This document shows, piece after piece, positions 28,826 to 38,968 of a stretch of DNA of 49,025 nt. Numbering within the stretch: the first letter of the stretch is position 1; each line of letters opens with the position of its first letter. Position numbers and translations under genes: made by a program. Origin of the DNA: Pirellulales bacterium (GTDB taxonomy: Bacteria; Planctomycetota; Planctomycetia; Pirellulales; UBA1268); the NCBI GenBank assembly GCA_040877375.1, contig JBBDNW010000255.1, forward strand, positions 1 to 49,025, written 5' to 3'. The notes under the pieces were generated by a model that saw only the letters and a program-made list of their open reading frames with translations, had not been told where the DNA came from and did no database searches.

Positions 28826-30040
28826 ATGTTCGACCACGTGTCCCTCCTCGCCGACCTGGTGCGCCGCCCAAGCGTCAATCCGATGGGCCGCGACGTCTCC
28901 GGCCCGGAATACCTGGAGGGAAGGGTCGGCGATTACCTCGTCCAGCGGTTCACCGCTGCCGGCCTGCAGTGGGCCCGGCAGCCGGTGGCCCCGGGCCGCG
29001 ACAACGTGGTTGCGCGACTGGAGGCGACGGTGCCGCGGGCGCCTGTCATCCTCTGGGACGCGCACCAGGACACGGTGCCTGTCGAAAACATGACCATCGA
29101 CCCGTTCGCCCCGGTTGTTCGAGAGGGGCGGATGTATGGCCGCGGCACGTGTGACGTGAAGGGGGGCATGGCGGCCATGGTCGCGGCTCTGGAGCAGCTC
29201 TGCGCAACCGGCGGCCCCCGCGCGGCGACAGTTGTCTTTTCCGCGACGGTGAACGAGGAGTTTGGCTTTACCGGCGCCAAGGCCTTAGCGCGATTGTGGG
29301 ACGCGGCCGGGGATGCGCCGGCGTCGGATGCCGCGGCCCGCAGGGTCGTCGGTCGCCGACCGACCGTCGCGATCGTCGCGGAGCCCACGCGGCTCGACCT
29401 CGTGGTGCAGCACAAGGGGGCGATCCGCTGGCGGATCCTGGTGCATGGTCGCGCCTGCCACAGCGCGTTTCCGGAGCAGGGTGTGAATGCCATCTATCCC
29501 GCGGGCCGGGCGATTCTCGCGGTCGAGACGCTGGCCGGCGAACTGCTCACCCGCCATGCCGACCATCCCTGCGGCCCACCGACGCTCAACCTGGGCACGA
29601 TCCGCGGCGGCGCGGGGGTGAATCTCGTTCCCGACCTGACGATCCTCGAGGTCGAACGGCGGGTGCTGCCGGGCGAGTCGCCACACGAGGCGCGGGCCGA
29701 GGTGATCGCCCGGATCGCCGCCGCCTGCGGTGCCGCGTGGATCGAGCACGCCGAGCCATTCCTCGAGAGCGCCGGCCTCACCGACGCCACCGATGATCCG
29801 AAGGCGGCGGCTTGGATCGGCAAGCTGGCCACCGAGGCGGGTAGCCGCGGGGCTGCCGCAGCCCGTACGGCTGCCCGCTACGGCACCAACGCGAGCGTGC
29901 TGGCGGCCGTCGGCGTGCCGAGCGTGGTCTTCGGACCCGGTTCGATCGAGCAGGCGCACACGGCCGACGAATGGATTGACCTCGCCGAGGTCGGCACCGC
30001 CGCGGAGACCCTCGCCGCCCTCGTGAGCTGCGCGGCCTGA
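28826..30040 (+). CDS. M20 family metallo-amidohydrolase (ArgE/DapE-like)
   Basis: DAHQDTVP, YGRGTCDVKGG, NEE, AEPT, GPGSIEQAHTADE. Confidence 0.88.
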   Translation: MFDHVSLLADLVRRPSVNPMGRDVSGPEYLEGRVGDYLVQRFTAAGLQWARQPVAPGRDNVVARLEATVPRAPVILWDAHQDTVPVENMTIDPFAPVVREGRMYGRGTCDVKGGMAAMVAALEQLCATGGPRAATVVFSATVNEEFGFTGAKALARLWDAAGDAPASDAAARRVVGRRPTVAIVAEPTRLDLVVQHKGAIRWRILVHGRACHSAFPEQGVNAIYPAGRAILAVETLAGELLTRHADHPCGPPTLNLGTIRGGAGVNLVPDLTILEVERRVLPGESPHEARAEVIARIAAACGAAWIEHAEPFLESAGLTDATDDPKAAAWIGKLATEAGSRGAAAARTAARYGTNASVLAAVGVPSVVFGPGSIEQAHTADEWIDLAEVGTAAETLAALVSCAA

Positions 30041-30089
30041 TTGGTACAACGTCGCCTTCGAACCACCCCCGCCTTAAAGGAGCGCGAGC

Positions 30090-31316
30090 ATGGCAGGCAA
30101 GATCAAGATCAAGGTTACGGGCCCGGTCGTCGATCTCGACGGCGACGAGATGACGCGGATCATCTGGCAGTTCATCAAGGACAAGCTGATTCTGCCCTAC
30201 CTCGACCTTGAAATCCGCGCGTACGACCTCTCGATCGAGAACCGCGACGCCACCGCCGATCAGGTGACGGTGGACGCGGCCCACGCCATCAAGGAATGTG
30301 GCGTGGGCGTGAAGTGCGCCACGATCACGCCCGACGAGGCCCGCGTGAAGGAGTTCGGGCTCAAGAGCATGTGGAAGAGCCCCAACGGCACGATCCGCAA
30401 CATCCTCGGGGGGGTGATCTTCCGCGAGCCGATCATCATCAAGAACATCCCCCGGCTGGTGCCCGGCTGGACGAAGCCGATCGTCGTCGGCCGCCATGCC
30501 TTCGGCGACCAATACCGCGCGACCGACGTGAAGATCCCCGGCAAGGGCGCACTGACGCTCACGTTCACGCCCGCCGACGGCTCGAAGCCGATGGAGATGA
30601 AGGTCTTCGACTTCCCGTCGAGCGGCGTCGCGCTGGCGATGTACAACCTCGACGATTCGATCCGTGACTTCGCCCGGGCGAGCTTCCGCTACGGCCTGGC
30701 CCGCCGCTATCCCGTCTATCTCTCCACGAAGAACACGATTCTCAAGGTCTACGACGGCCGCTTCAAGGATCTTTTTCAAGAGGTCTTCGACGCCGATTTC
30801 AAGGCCGAGTTCGCCGCCCAGGGCATCACCTATGAGCACCGCCTGATCGACGACATGGTGGCCAGCGCGCTGAAGTGGGAGGGGGGGTATGTCTGGGCCT
30901 GCAAGAACTATGACGGCGATGTGCAGAGCGACATTGTGGCTCAAGGTTTTGGCTCGCTGGGCCTGATGACGAGCGTCTTGATGACGCCCGACGGGAAGAC
31001 CGTGGAGGCGGAGGCGGCCCACGGCACGGTGACGCGGCACTACCGCCAGCACCAGCAGGGCAAGCCGACGAGCACGAACCCCATCGCCTCGATCTTTGCC
31101 TGGACGAGGGGCCTGGCGCACCGTGGCAAGCTCGATGGCACGCCGGAGGTGACGCGGTTCGCCGAGACGCTCGAAGAGGTCTGCATTCGCACTGTCGAAG
31201 AAGGCAAGATGACGAAAGACCTGGCCATCCTCATCGGGCCGGGCCAGCCGCACCTCACGACGCAGGAGTTCCTCGCCGCCATCGCTGCCAACCTTGTCAC
31301 GGCGATGCAGGCGTAG
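30090..31316 (+). CDS. icd: NADP-dependent isocitrate dehydrogenase (eukaryote-like type II)
   Basis: [47 protein letters not shown]; AAGGAG RBS. Confidence 0.97.
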   Translation: MAGKIKIKVTGPVVDLDGDEMTRIIWQFIKDKLILPYLDLEIRAYDLSIENRDATADQVTVDAAHAIKECGVGVKCATITPDEARVKEFGLKSMWKSPNGTIRNILGGVIFREPIIIKNIPRLVPGWTKPIVVGRHAFGDQYRATDVKIPGKGALTLTFTPADGSKPMEMKVFDFPSSGVALAMYNLDDSIRDFARASFRYGLARRYPVYLSTKNTILKVYDGRFKDLFQEVFDADFKAEFAAQGITYEHRLIDDMVASALKWEGGYVWACKNYDGDVQSDIVAQGFGSLGLMTSVLMTPDGKTVEAEAAHGTVTRHYRQHQQGKPTSTNPIASIFAWTRGLAHRGKLDGTPEVTRFAETLEEVCIRTVEEGKMTKDLAILIGPGQPHLTTQEFLAAIAANLVTAMQA

Positions 31317-31371
31317 GGGAGCGGGCAGGAGCCGTCGCGGATCGGTCGAACGACGCGGCGCGAGATGCCCT

Positions 31372-31406
31372 CAAGAAGCCCGGAGCGCGAGCGATGGGAA
31401 TACGGG
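31372..31406 (-). repeat. Third, diverged copy of the 6532/6599 REP-like unit
   Basis: Reverse complement CCCGTATTCCCATCGCTCGCGCTCCGGGCTTCTTG versus CCCGTATTCCCCGCGCTCGCGCTTGGGGCTTCTTG at 6528; lies between convergent icd and OPT genes. Confidence 0.75.
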
Positions 31407-31451
31407 TGGCGGGCGTGGCGGTGGTGCGGAGCGGGTTGGGATGGCGGGCGC

Positions 31452-33326
31452 CTACCCCGCGCCAAATGCCCTTAGCACCTCGAGCACGAGAATGATCGCC
31501 ACGCCCATCAGGCTCTCGCCGGCGATCAGGCCGCTCGATACCGGCACCGTGTAGGTCTCCGCGACCTTCGGTCGGGCCCGGGCAACGAGCCACGCGATCA
31601 GGGCCCCGGCGAACATCGCGATCGAGTTGAAGGCGGGGATCACGCCCGCGATGCCAAGGCCTGTCGTCGACGGCAGCCAGGGCCGCCATGTCTTGGGCCC
31701 GAGTTCTTCGAGCAGCGTGAGCACGATCCCGATCGAGGCTCCGACCGCGATTGCCGTGAGCGCACCCGCCGGCAGCGCGTCGATTCCCTTTGCCAGGAGT
31801 TCCGCGACGCCGGCCCAGACCTTCGCCGACGGCGCGGGGAGGGCCTCGGTGCCGAGCCTCGAGGGGTCGCGCTGGACCACGAAGAGATACGCGGGCACCG
31901 AGACGATCGTGCCGGCGATCACGCCGAAGAGCTGCGAGATCGTCTGCTTGCGGGGATTACCGCCGAGGAGGTAGCCGCTCTTGAGATCGGTGAGCAGGTC
32001 GGCGGCATGTGAGGCGGCACCCGAGGTGATCGACGCGGTCATGAGGTTCGTGGTGATGTTCTGCGGGGCCACCACGCCGTACATGAGCTGCGTGATCTTC
32101 CCCATCGCGCCGATCGGTGTGATATCGGTCTCACCGGTGGCCCGGGCGGCGACGATCGACAGGAAGAAGGTCACAAGCACGGCGAGGATGCCCATCCACC
32201 AGGTGATCCCGAACATCCAGTGGCCCAGGATCACGCAGGCGGTGCCGGCGGAGAGTGTGCCGGCCACGAACCAGCTCGACGGCACCTCGACATGGGCGAG
32301 CGGATCGTCGTGATGCACGGCCGCGCCGCCCACGAGCCGTCCGAGGCCTCCGAAGGCCCGCAGGACGGTCCGCCACTTGAGCGCGAAGGAGAGGAGGCCC
32401 GACGCCACCATCATCGCGGTGGAGGGCCAGAGCACCCATGAGACGATGCCGCGGTAGCCCGGCTGGGCGATGCCCCGCTCGACGAGGATCGGTCCGATGA
32501 GCCCATAGAAGATGATCGACCCCACGAGCATCGATGCGGCCACCCGCAGGCCCATGATCGCCCCGGCGGCGATCATGATCAGCGAGCCCTCGATGCCGAG
32601 CGTGTACTTCGACAGCAGGTCGCGGGCGAAACCGCCGGGGCCGAAGGGGATTTCGGTGGGGATGGCCCAGGCGGCGATCGGCTTGATGCCCCCGACCAGG
32701 TCGCGGCCGAGCGCGACGAAGCCGCCGAGCATCGCGGCCCCGAAGAGCGACCGGGCCTTCACGACCGCCTCGCCTCCTTCGCTGTGCATGCTCGTGAGCG
32801 TCTCGGCGGTGGCGATGCCGGAAGGGAATGGGAGCTGGTCAATGTTGATCAACTGCCGCTTGAGCGGGATCGCCATGAACACGCCCAGAATCGAGAGCGC
32901 GAACAGCCAGAGGCCGATTTCCCACCAGGTGAGCAACCGGCCAGTCGTCATGTAGAGGGCCGGAATCGCTGACACGAGGCCTGCACTCGACATGTAGCCG
33001 GCGGCACTGGCCGCGCTGCTCATCGTGTAGTTTTCAAGCGTCGAGAACGGCCTGGTGCGATAGGCGGGCACGACCTGCTCGAGGAACTTGAACACCGCGT
33101 AGGCGATGATGCACGACGTGATCGTGACGCCGAGTCCCCAGCCGGTCTTGAGGCCCACGTAGAGATTCGACACCGACATCAGCCCGCCGATCAGCATGCC
33201 GCTGATGACGGCTCGGGGCGTGAGTTGCACGGCGTCGTCGCCGGCATAGACGTTGGCGAGCCACCACCGCGCTGCCTCCCGCTCGTCACTGAATGCTTCG
33301 TGGTGTAGTGGTCGTTTCTGGTTCAT
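31452..33326 (-). CDS. OPT family oligopeptide transporter
   Basis: QLTPRA, NLYVGLKTG, LENY, LPFPSG.ATAE, DLKSGYLLG, SGLIAGES. Confidence 0.9.
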   Translation of the reverse strand: MNQKRPLHHEAFSDEREAARWWLANVYAGDDAVQLTPRAVISGMLIGGLMSVSNLYVGLKTGWGLGVTITSCIIAYAVFKFLEQVVPAYRTRPFSTLENYTMSSAASAAGYMSSAGLVSAIPALYMTTGRLLTWWEIGLWLFALSILGVFMAIPLKRQLINIDQLPFPSGIATAETLTSMHSEGGEAVVKARSLFGAAMLGGFVALGRDLVGGIKPIAAWAIPTEIPFGPGGFARDLLSKYTLGIEGSLIMIAAGAIMGLRVAASMLVGSIIFYGLIGPILVERGIAQPGYRGIVSWVLWPSTAMMVASGLLSFALKWRTVLRAFGGLGRLVGGAAVHHDDPLAHVEVPSSWFVAGTLSAGTACVILGHWMFGITWWMGILAVLVTFFLSIVAARATGETDITPIGAMGKITQLMYGVVAPQNITTNLMTASITSGAASHAADLLTDLKSGYLLGGNPRKQTISQLFGVIAGTIVSVPAYLFVVQRDPSRLGTEALPAPSAKVWAGVAELLAKGIDALPAGALTAIAVGASIGIVLTLLEELGPKTWRPWLPSTTGLGIAGVIPAFNSIAMFAGALIAWLVARARPKVAETYTVPVSSGLIAGESLMGVAIILVLEVLRAFGAG

Positions 33327-33415
33327 GCGGGTGAGTGTAACGCGGCGTGCTGCTGCGCCAGCCAATCCCTTCGGGCCTTATACGGCTCACATTTGAGCCT
33401 CAGGCGTGGTGGTTC

Positions 33416-33547
33416 GGGGATGCCCCTGCCACATCTCCGGACGTTCGCGACGGCCTTCCGGGCCGGCGCTCTCTGCATGTCCGCTGCGCTTCGCCATCCC
33501 TGGCTTCGCTTGCTCCCACAGCCCGGCGACGTGGCAGGGGCACCCCC
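33416..33547 (-). repeat. 132-nt structured dispersed element, copy 2
   Basis: Arms GGGGATGCCCCTGCCACATC and GACGTGGCAGGGGCACCCCC; internal CCGGACGTTC and GCGCTTCGCCATC. Confidence 0.85.
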
Positions 33548-33681
33548 TCCTCGCATCATGGGGCCAGAACCGTTGAGGCCGCGCGAGACTCATTTGAGCG
33601 CTGTATGAGATCGCTTTCAACGTACGTGTCTTGCCGGCTTCGGGGGGACAAAAGTCGCCGCTGCGCGGTTTTGCGGATTGT

Positions 33682-33814
33682 CGCCGGGGCCATGGATGGC
33701 CCGGCAGCGGATGGTTTTCATCGGCCGCCGGGATGGCGGCCGGGAGGGCGCGGCGAACCTTGGCTTCGCCCCGCCCGACTCAAGCCCGCCGGGGCCATGG
33801 ATGGCCCGGCGGGC
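33682..33814. repeat. Cluster of GGAT-containing hairpins, including two identical 24-mers
   Basis: CGCCGGGGCCATGGATGGCCCGGC at 33682-33705 and 33787-33810; CGGCCGCCGGGATGGCGGCCG at 33722-33742. Confidence 0.75.
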
Positions 33815-33821
33815 GGTCAAT

Positions 33822-34166
33822 TTAAAACACGTCGAGATTGAAGTGGTGGCCGTGGTGGTAGCGACGCGACTTCGGGTATTCGTTATGCCAGGCGCGGTTG
33901 TAGACCGGCGTCCGCATTTCCTGCGGATAGCGGTGATAGAGGTCGTTGGCCGACTGCATGTAGCCGTCTTGGTAGAAGTTTTGTGGGTACCACACGTAGG
34001 GGTAGTGATAGAGCCGGTTCCAGTCCTGGGCGTTGTACGAGTTGCCCCACTGGTAGCCATAGGCCTGCGTGCCCGCGTTAGCGGGCGGTTGGGCGGCCGC
34101 GTCGGCGGCGGTGAAGCAGAGCAGCGCCAAGGTGAAAAGTCCCCCAGCGGCAAGGTGCCGTGTCAT
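33822..34166 (-). CDS. Small secreted Tyr/Trp/His-rich hypothetical protein
   Basis: Signal peptide ending A-A-A, GGGGGA RBS-like site, motif DWNRLYHYPYVWYPQNF. Confidence 0.8.
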   Translation of the reverse strand: MTRHLAAGGLFTLALLCFTAADAAAQPPANAGTQAYGYQWGNSYNAQDWNRLYHYPYVWYPQNFYQDGYMQSANDLYHRYPQEMRTPVYNRAWHNEYPKSRRYHHGHHFNLDVF

Positions 34167-34330
34167 CGGAATTGTCCCCCTGAGAATCCAGCGTCAGGAG
34201 GAATATCGGCCGGCCCTACGACCGTTCTTCACGGAAAATCCCGCAAGGTCGGGGAGCGCGGCGGTGGCGGGGAGCTGGTTGAGGTGGAGGGCGTCTACCC
34301 CGCGCTGGCGCTTGGGCCCTGACTCAACCA

Positions 34331-35131
34331 TCACGCACGCTGGGGTTTCGCTTCGGGGAACGTTCCCTCGGCGAGTTCGCGGTCCCACTCGTCCATCAAC
34401 GGCCAGTGCGGGGAGCAAGTGCCAAAGTCGGCGAGGGTGAGGTAGCCCTTGAGGCGGGCGATGGTGGCGGCAAGGAGCCGATCGTCCTTCTTGAAGATTG
34501 GGCCATGGCTGGGGAGCAGCCATTCCACGTCGCTGGCTGCGATCCGTTCGAGTGACGTGATGAACGACGGAATGTCGCTGCCGTGGTGGGCGTCGATCGC
34601 GCCGACGGAGCCGTCGCGGTAGATGTTGTCGCCCGAAAGCAGGAGGTTGCCCATGCGGAAGGCGAGTTGGCTATCGGTGTGTCCGGGCGTGAGCCAGACC
34701 TCGAGCGCCCGGTTACCGATCGTGATCATGTCGCCATCGACAATCGCGCGGTCGACCTTCACTACCGGCATCTCGAGGTGCACGTTTTGGGCTTCAATCT
34801 CCGCGAACGTCTTGATGCGGTCGCCCGATTCGAGGGATGGCACGGCCTTCGGATGAGCGAGCACCGGTGCCTTGAGGATCGCTTTGGCCTTGGCGAGCCC
34901 CTGGATGTGATCGACGTCGGCGTGCGTGGCAATGAGCGCTTGGCACTGCGACAGCGGGAAATCCATCTGGCGGACGAGTTCGATGATCTCGTCGACGCTC
35001 TCCTCGTAGCCGATGTCGATCAGCGCCCAGTCTCGGTCGTCGTACACGAGATAGACATTGCAGCCGATCCGCCAGCCGGCCTGGTGGTTCATTTCGATCA
35101 CACCGGGGAAGACTGGATGGCGTTCGAGCAT
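34331..35131 (-). CDS. MBL-fold metallo-hydrolase
   Basis: THADVDH, TPGHT, LSGD, LPSHG. Confidence 0.88.
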   Translation of the reverse strand: MLERHPVFPGVIEMNHQAGWRIGCNVYLVYDDRDWALIDIGYEESVDEIIELVRQMDFPLSQCQALIATHADVDHIQGLAKAKAILKAPVLAHPKAVPSLESGDRIKTFAEIEAQNVHLEMPVVKVDRAIVDGDMITIGNRALEVWLTPGHTDSQLAFRMGNLLLSGDNIYRDGSVGAIDAHHGSDIPSFITSLERIAASDVEWLLPSHGPIFKKDDRLLAATIARLKGYLTLADFGTCSPHWPLMDEWDRELAEGTFPEAKPQRA

Positions 35132-35325
35132 GGCGAAACCGAGGCTACTGAGGGCGGATTTGCGGGGAAATCCCGCCGAAGACACACTTGCCCGGGGACC
35201 GACCCCGGAATCATCCTAAGTCTAGGGCGTTGGGATGGCGACGGCAATGAACGTCGTCGGTATCGGCAGAAGTCGTCTCACAGGATGCATAGCGGAGTCG
35301 CCGCAAACAAATGGTTTTCGAGGGC

Positions 35326-37131
35326 ATGCCCGCCGCGCCGTCGTTCGCCGCCTGGGCGGTGAGCGTCGCTGACCTCTGCGAACAGGTCGACCGCCTCGCG
35401 CCGTTGGCCATGACGCTCGGCGCGGCTGATCCCCGGGCGACCGACTGGCACGGCTCGCTGTTCGGCAAACTCAAGCCGCAGGTAGCCCGAGAACCGCTGC
35501 TCGTGGCGGCTGTCTGCGGCGGCACGAATACCGGCAAGAGCCTGATCACCAACACGCTGGTCGGCGCGGTGATTAGCCGCTCGGTGCCGGAGGCGGCACG
35601 CACGTTGCACCCGGTGGCGAGCCTCGCTGCAGGTGTCGCCGGACGGATCGATCTGGCCGCGCTCTTCCCGGGGTTTCAGCCCGTGCCCTGGCAGAGCGAG
35701 GAAGATGCGCTCGACGCCGCCGCCCAGGACGTGCTTGTCTGGCGGGAGGATCCGGGCTGCACGCAGCCCGCGAGACTCGTCGTGCTCGACACGCCCGACA
35801 TCGACGGCACGCTCCGTGAGAACTGGCACCGCGCCGAACTCGTCCGTGACGCCGCCGATGTGATCGTGGCGGTACTCACTCAGCAGAAATACAACGATGC
35901 GGCGGTTCGCGATTTCTTCTCAGACGCCACCGCCGCCGGCAAGACCGTGATCGTCGTTTTCAACATGGTCGATTGGCCAAGGCAGCGGGAGCGGCTCGCT
36001 GGCTGGCTCGGCACGTTCACCGCCGAGACGGGCGTGGCGCCGACGGCGGTGTATGCCGCGCCGCACGACTTCGCCGCCGCGGAGGCAGGACGCATCACGC
36101 TCCATCCCGTGGCCGAACTCACGCCCGACGGTGGCGCGGCGAGCCTCGGCGAGCGTCTCGCGGGGTGTGACTTCGACCGCATCAAGCGGCAGGCGATGGC
36201 TGGGGCGATGCGGGTCGTCCTTGATCCTGGGCGGGGGCTCGCGACGTGGCTAGACGACATCAACCGGGCGGCCGCGGGCTGGCGGGATTCGCAGCAGTTC
36301 CTCAAGCGCGAGGGGCAGGTCCGCGTGGAACTTCCGGCGGCGCCACGGCAGATCGTCTGGGACGAGATCTGGTCGTGGCTCGAGCCCCGACGGTCGGGCG
36401 TCGACCTGTTCGTGAGCGGCGGCTATCGGTTCATCGGCCGCGGCATCTCGTGGACAGCCCAGCGGATCGGGATCGGACGGACCGCGGAGGAGCGGCAGGA
36501 GGATTTCGCGATCACGGAACTCGAGGCCCTGAAGCGGGCGCTCGCCGACTTCATTGACCGGCTCGACGATGCCTGCCGGCGTGACGAGCGGCTGGCCGCG
36601 AAACTTGGGCCGCGGCTCGCGTCGGCCGATCGCGCGGCCTGGTACACCGACCTCGAGCGGCGGCATGCGGCGCTGCCGCTGGTGTCGCACGACTACCGGA
36701 AGTTTGTGCGGGATGAACTCGACCGCTTTGCAGCGGAGAACCCCGGCATGGTCAAGGCCGTGCTCACCGGGCTCACCGTCGGCTCGGTGGCCCGGCCGGT
36801 GATGACGCTTGCGCTGTTCGGTGTCGGTGCTGCGGCGGTGCCCGCTGCTGCGGGCGTTCTGCACCATGTCGTCGACTTCGGCGTGACGGTTGCGGCGCCA
36901 CTCGCCGGAGAGGGGGCCGTGGCGGTGGCTTCCAAGGGCATCAGGCCGCTGATCGAGCGGCTGTTTGCCGGCTGGTCGGCTGAACGTGGAAAGATACTCG
37001 CCGAGACGCTACACGACGTCGTCCTCGGCGATGGCTTGGAGGAGATCGCCCGGCTCGCGGACTCGGGCTCGAGGCCCGAGCTCGTGCGGGCTCGGCAGCT
37101 CCTCGTCGAATGCTCTCGGGAGTGCGGCTGA
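35326..37131 (+). CDS. Dynamin-like/MMR_HSR1-type GTPase A
   Basis: P-loop GGTNTGKS, G3-like DTPD, G4-like NMVD, long helical C-terminal region with a hydrophobic segment. Start is 35311 or 35326. Confidence 0.75.
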   Translation: MPAAPSFAAWAVSVADLCEQVDRLAPLAMTLGAADPRATDWHGSLFGKLKPQVAREPLLVAAVCGGTNTGKSLITNTLVGAVISRSVPEAARTLHPVASLAAGVAGRIDLAALFPGFQPVPWQSEEDALDAAAQDVLVWREDPGCTQPARLVVLDTPDIDGTLRENWHRAELVRDAADVIVAVLTQQKYNDAAVRDFFSDATAAGKTVIVVFNMVDWPRQRERLAGWLGTFTAETGVAPTAVYAAPHDFAAAEAGRITLHPVAELTPDGGAASLGERLAGCDFDRIKRQAMAGAMRVVLDPGRGLATWLDDINRAAAGWRDSQQFLKREGQVRVELPAAPRQIVWDEIWSWLEPRRSGVDLFVSGGYRFIGRGISWTAQRIGIGRTAEERQEDFAITELEALKRALADFIDRLDDACRRDERLAAKLGPRLASADRAAWYTDLERRHAALPLVSHDYRKFVRDELDRFAAENPGMVKAVLTGLTVGSVARPVMTLALFGVGAAAVPAAAGVLHHVVDFGVTVAAPLAGEGAVAVASKGIRPLIERLFAGWSAERGKILAETLHDVVLGDGLEEIARLADSGSRPELVRARQLLVECSRECG

Positions 37132-37132
37132 C

Positions 37133-38968
37133 ATGGATTCAACCACCGACGCCTCGACCCTTCCGCATCCTGTGGGGCCCGACTTCGTGGCGTTCGACCT
37201 GCTCGTCGACGCGCTGGCCCGCTGGTCGGCCGCAGGTCCGCAGTGGCCCCCGGCCCGCCGGGTGAAAAGCGAGTGGGAGGCGGTCGCGCCCCGGCTCGAC
37301 CGAGCCCGCCGCGAACTCTCGCGAGTGCTCGTCGTTGGCGTGATCGGCGGCACCGGCACGGGCAAGAGCACCCTCGTCAACGCGCTGGCCGGCGGCGAGG
37401 TGACGGCGGCAGGCGACGTCGCCCGGCCCACGACCGTCAATCCGATCGTCGTCGCCGCCCGCGACGTCGACGTCTCCTGGCTGCCGCTCGACGTGATGCA
37501 GGCCCGGCTTGTCCGTAGCGATTCGCCCGCGGTCGCCAACATCGTGCTCGTCGACTGCCCCGAGCCGGACACACAGGATCTCGTCGCGGCGCGGGCGCAC
37601 GGCGAGGCGACGGGGTCGAGCGCGACGAACCACAATCGTGACCTCTTGGAGGCTGTGCTGCCGGCCTGCGACGTGCTGCTGCTGGTGTCGACCGCACAGA
37701 AATACCGGTCCTGGATCGTGGCCCGTGAGGTGGCCGCGTTCGCGCCGGGGCGGCCGCTGCTCTTCGTGCAGACGCACGCCACCCGCGATCCCGACATTCG
37801 CGGCGACTGGCGCGGGGAACTTGAGTCGCAAGGGTTTGAGGTGCCACGAATCTTCCGGATCGACGGGGTCGAGGTGGCCACCCGCGCGGCAGCGGGGCTC
37901 GAACCCGACGCCGGGTTTCGCGAACTGCTCGACGCGATCGCCGGTGAACTCGCCGGGCGGGCGGCCCGCCGTGTGCGCCGCACCGGGGCGGTCGATCTGG
38001 CTGCCTGGTTCACACGGCAGGCGCGGGCCGAACTCTCGCCGTTTAAGGAGCCAGCCGCGGCCCTGACTGGTGGCGTCGTGGCGGAGCGGAAGCGACTCGA
38101 GGCGATCCTCGCCCGCGAGGTCGGCGGCAAACTCCGCTCGAACCGGTCGGCGTGGCAGCGATTGATCGGTGACGACGTCGTGGCCCGCTGGCACGGGGGC
38201 CCGTTTGCGACCTTCCTGCACGTGATCGCGGCGCTGGGATCGCTGTGGACTCGTGTCCGCCCTGGTGGCGGCTTGATCGGCCGCCTGCTCGCCGGCCAAT
38301 CCGCCTCGGCCGCCGCTGGTAATGGCGGCTGGCAGGCGGTCGAAGAGCTCGGCCTGGCGGTGGGCGAGGTCGAGCAGTCGCGGAGCGTGCTCGCGGGTTT
38401 CGCTTCTCGAGCCGCCATCGGTGACCCGCTCGTGGGCCGGGCCCGCTTTGACACATCGTGCGTGCCGGCGATCACTGCCGCCGTCATCGATCGCGCGGGC
38501 CACTGGCTCGGCTCCGGTATCGACCGCCTCGTGGCCGACCGCCGCACCCGGATCGGCCGGCCGCTCCTCCACTGGGTCTTCGAAGGGCTGTTCGTCGCGC
38601 TGCTCGCGACGGTGCTCGTGCGGGCCGGATGGAACTTCTTCCATGGCAATCTCTGGGAAGGCAGGCCTGTGTCGGGCATCGGTTTCCTGGAAGAGGCGCT
38701 GGTGTGGGTTGTGCTCTGGGGGCTCTTCCTGCGGTGGGTGATTTTTGCGCTCGTGCGTCTGGGTCTCGACCACGACATCGAGTCGCTCGTCGGAGGCCTT
38801 CCGTCGGCTCGGCTCGTCGATCCCTTGCTCGCCGACTTCGCCGACGCGGCAGACGCGACGACCGCCTGGCTCGATGAGGGTGAGCGGCTCGGTGCCGACG
38901 CCGACCGACTGGCCGCGGCCTGTGGGGAAACACCCGGCCTTGGCCGCCTGCGGAGGCCCCCGGGATGA
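37133..38968 (+). CDS. Dynamin-like/MMR_HSR1-type GTPase B with two C-terminal TM helices
   Basis: P-loop GGTGTGKSTLVNAL, RPTT (G2), DCPE at G3; starts 1 nt after the GTPase A stop. Confidence 0.75.
   Translation: MDSTTDASTLPHPVGPDFVAFDLLVDALARWSAAGPQWPPARRVKSEWEAVAPRLDRARRELSRVLVVGVIGGTGTGKSTLVNALAGGEVTAAGDVARPTTVNPIVVAARDVDVSWLPLDVMQARLVRSDSPAVANIVLVDCPEPDTQDLVAARAHGEATGSSATNHNRDLLEAVLPACDVLLLVSTAQKYRSWIVAREVAAFAPGRPLLFVQTHATRDPDIRGDWRGELESQGFEVPRIFRIDGVEVATRAAAGLEPDAGFRELLDAIAGELAGRAARRVRRTGAVDLAAWFTRQARAELSPFKEPAAALTGGVVAERKRLEAILAREVGGKLRSNRSAWQRLIGDDVVARWHGGPFATFLHVIAALGSLWTRVRPGGGLIGRLLAGQSASAAAGNGGWQAVEELGLAVGEVEQSRSVLAGFASRAAIGDPLVGRARFDTSCVPAITAAVIDRAGHWLGSGIDRLVADRRTRIGRPLLHWVFEGLFVALLATVLVRAGWNFFHGNLWEGRPVSGIGFLEEALVWVVLWGLFLRWVIFALVRLGLDHDIESLVGGLPSARLVDPLLADFADAADATTAWLDEGERLGADADRLAAACGETPGLGRLRRPPG

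Noticed and set aside
29778-31253. 491-aa ORF antisense to icd
   Set aside because: Typical antisense open frame of a strongly codon-biased gene.
33573-33586. 14-mer TTGAGGCCGCGCGA repeated at 42642-42655
   Set aside because: Both copies are intergenic, but a single 14-bp GC-rich match in 49 kb can arise by chance and the flanks do not extend.
33347-34322. ORFs across the 33.3-33.8 kb intergenic region
   Set aside because: Translations of palindromic repeats (for example repeated GAMDGPA), not credible proteins.
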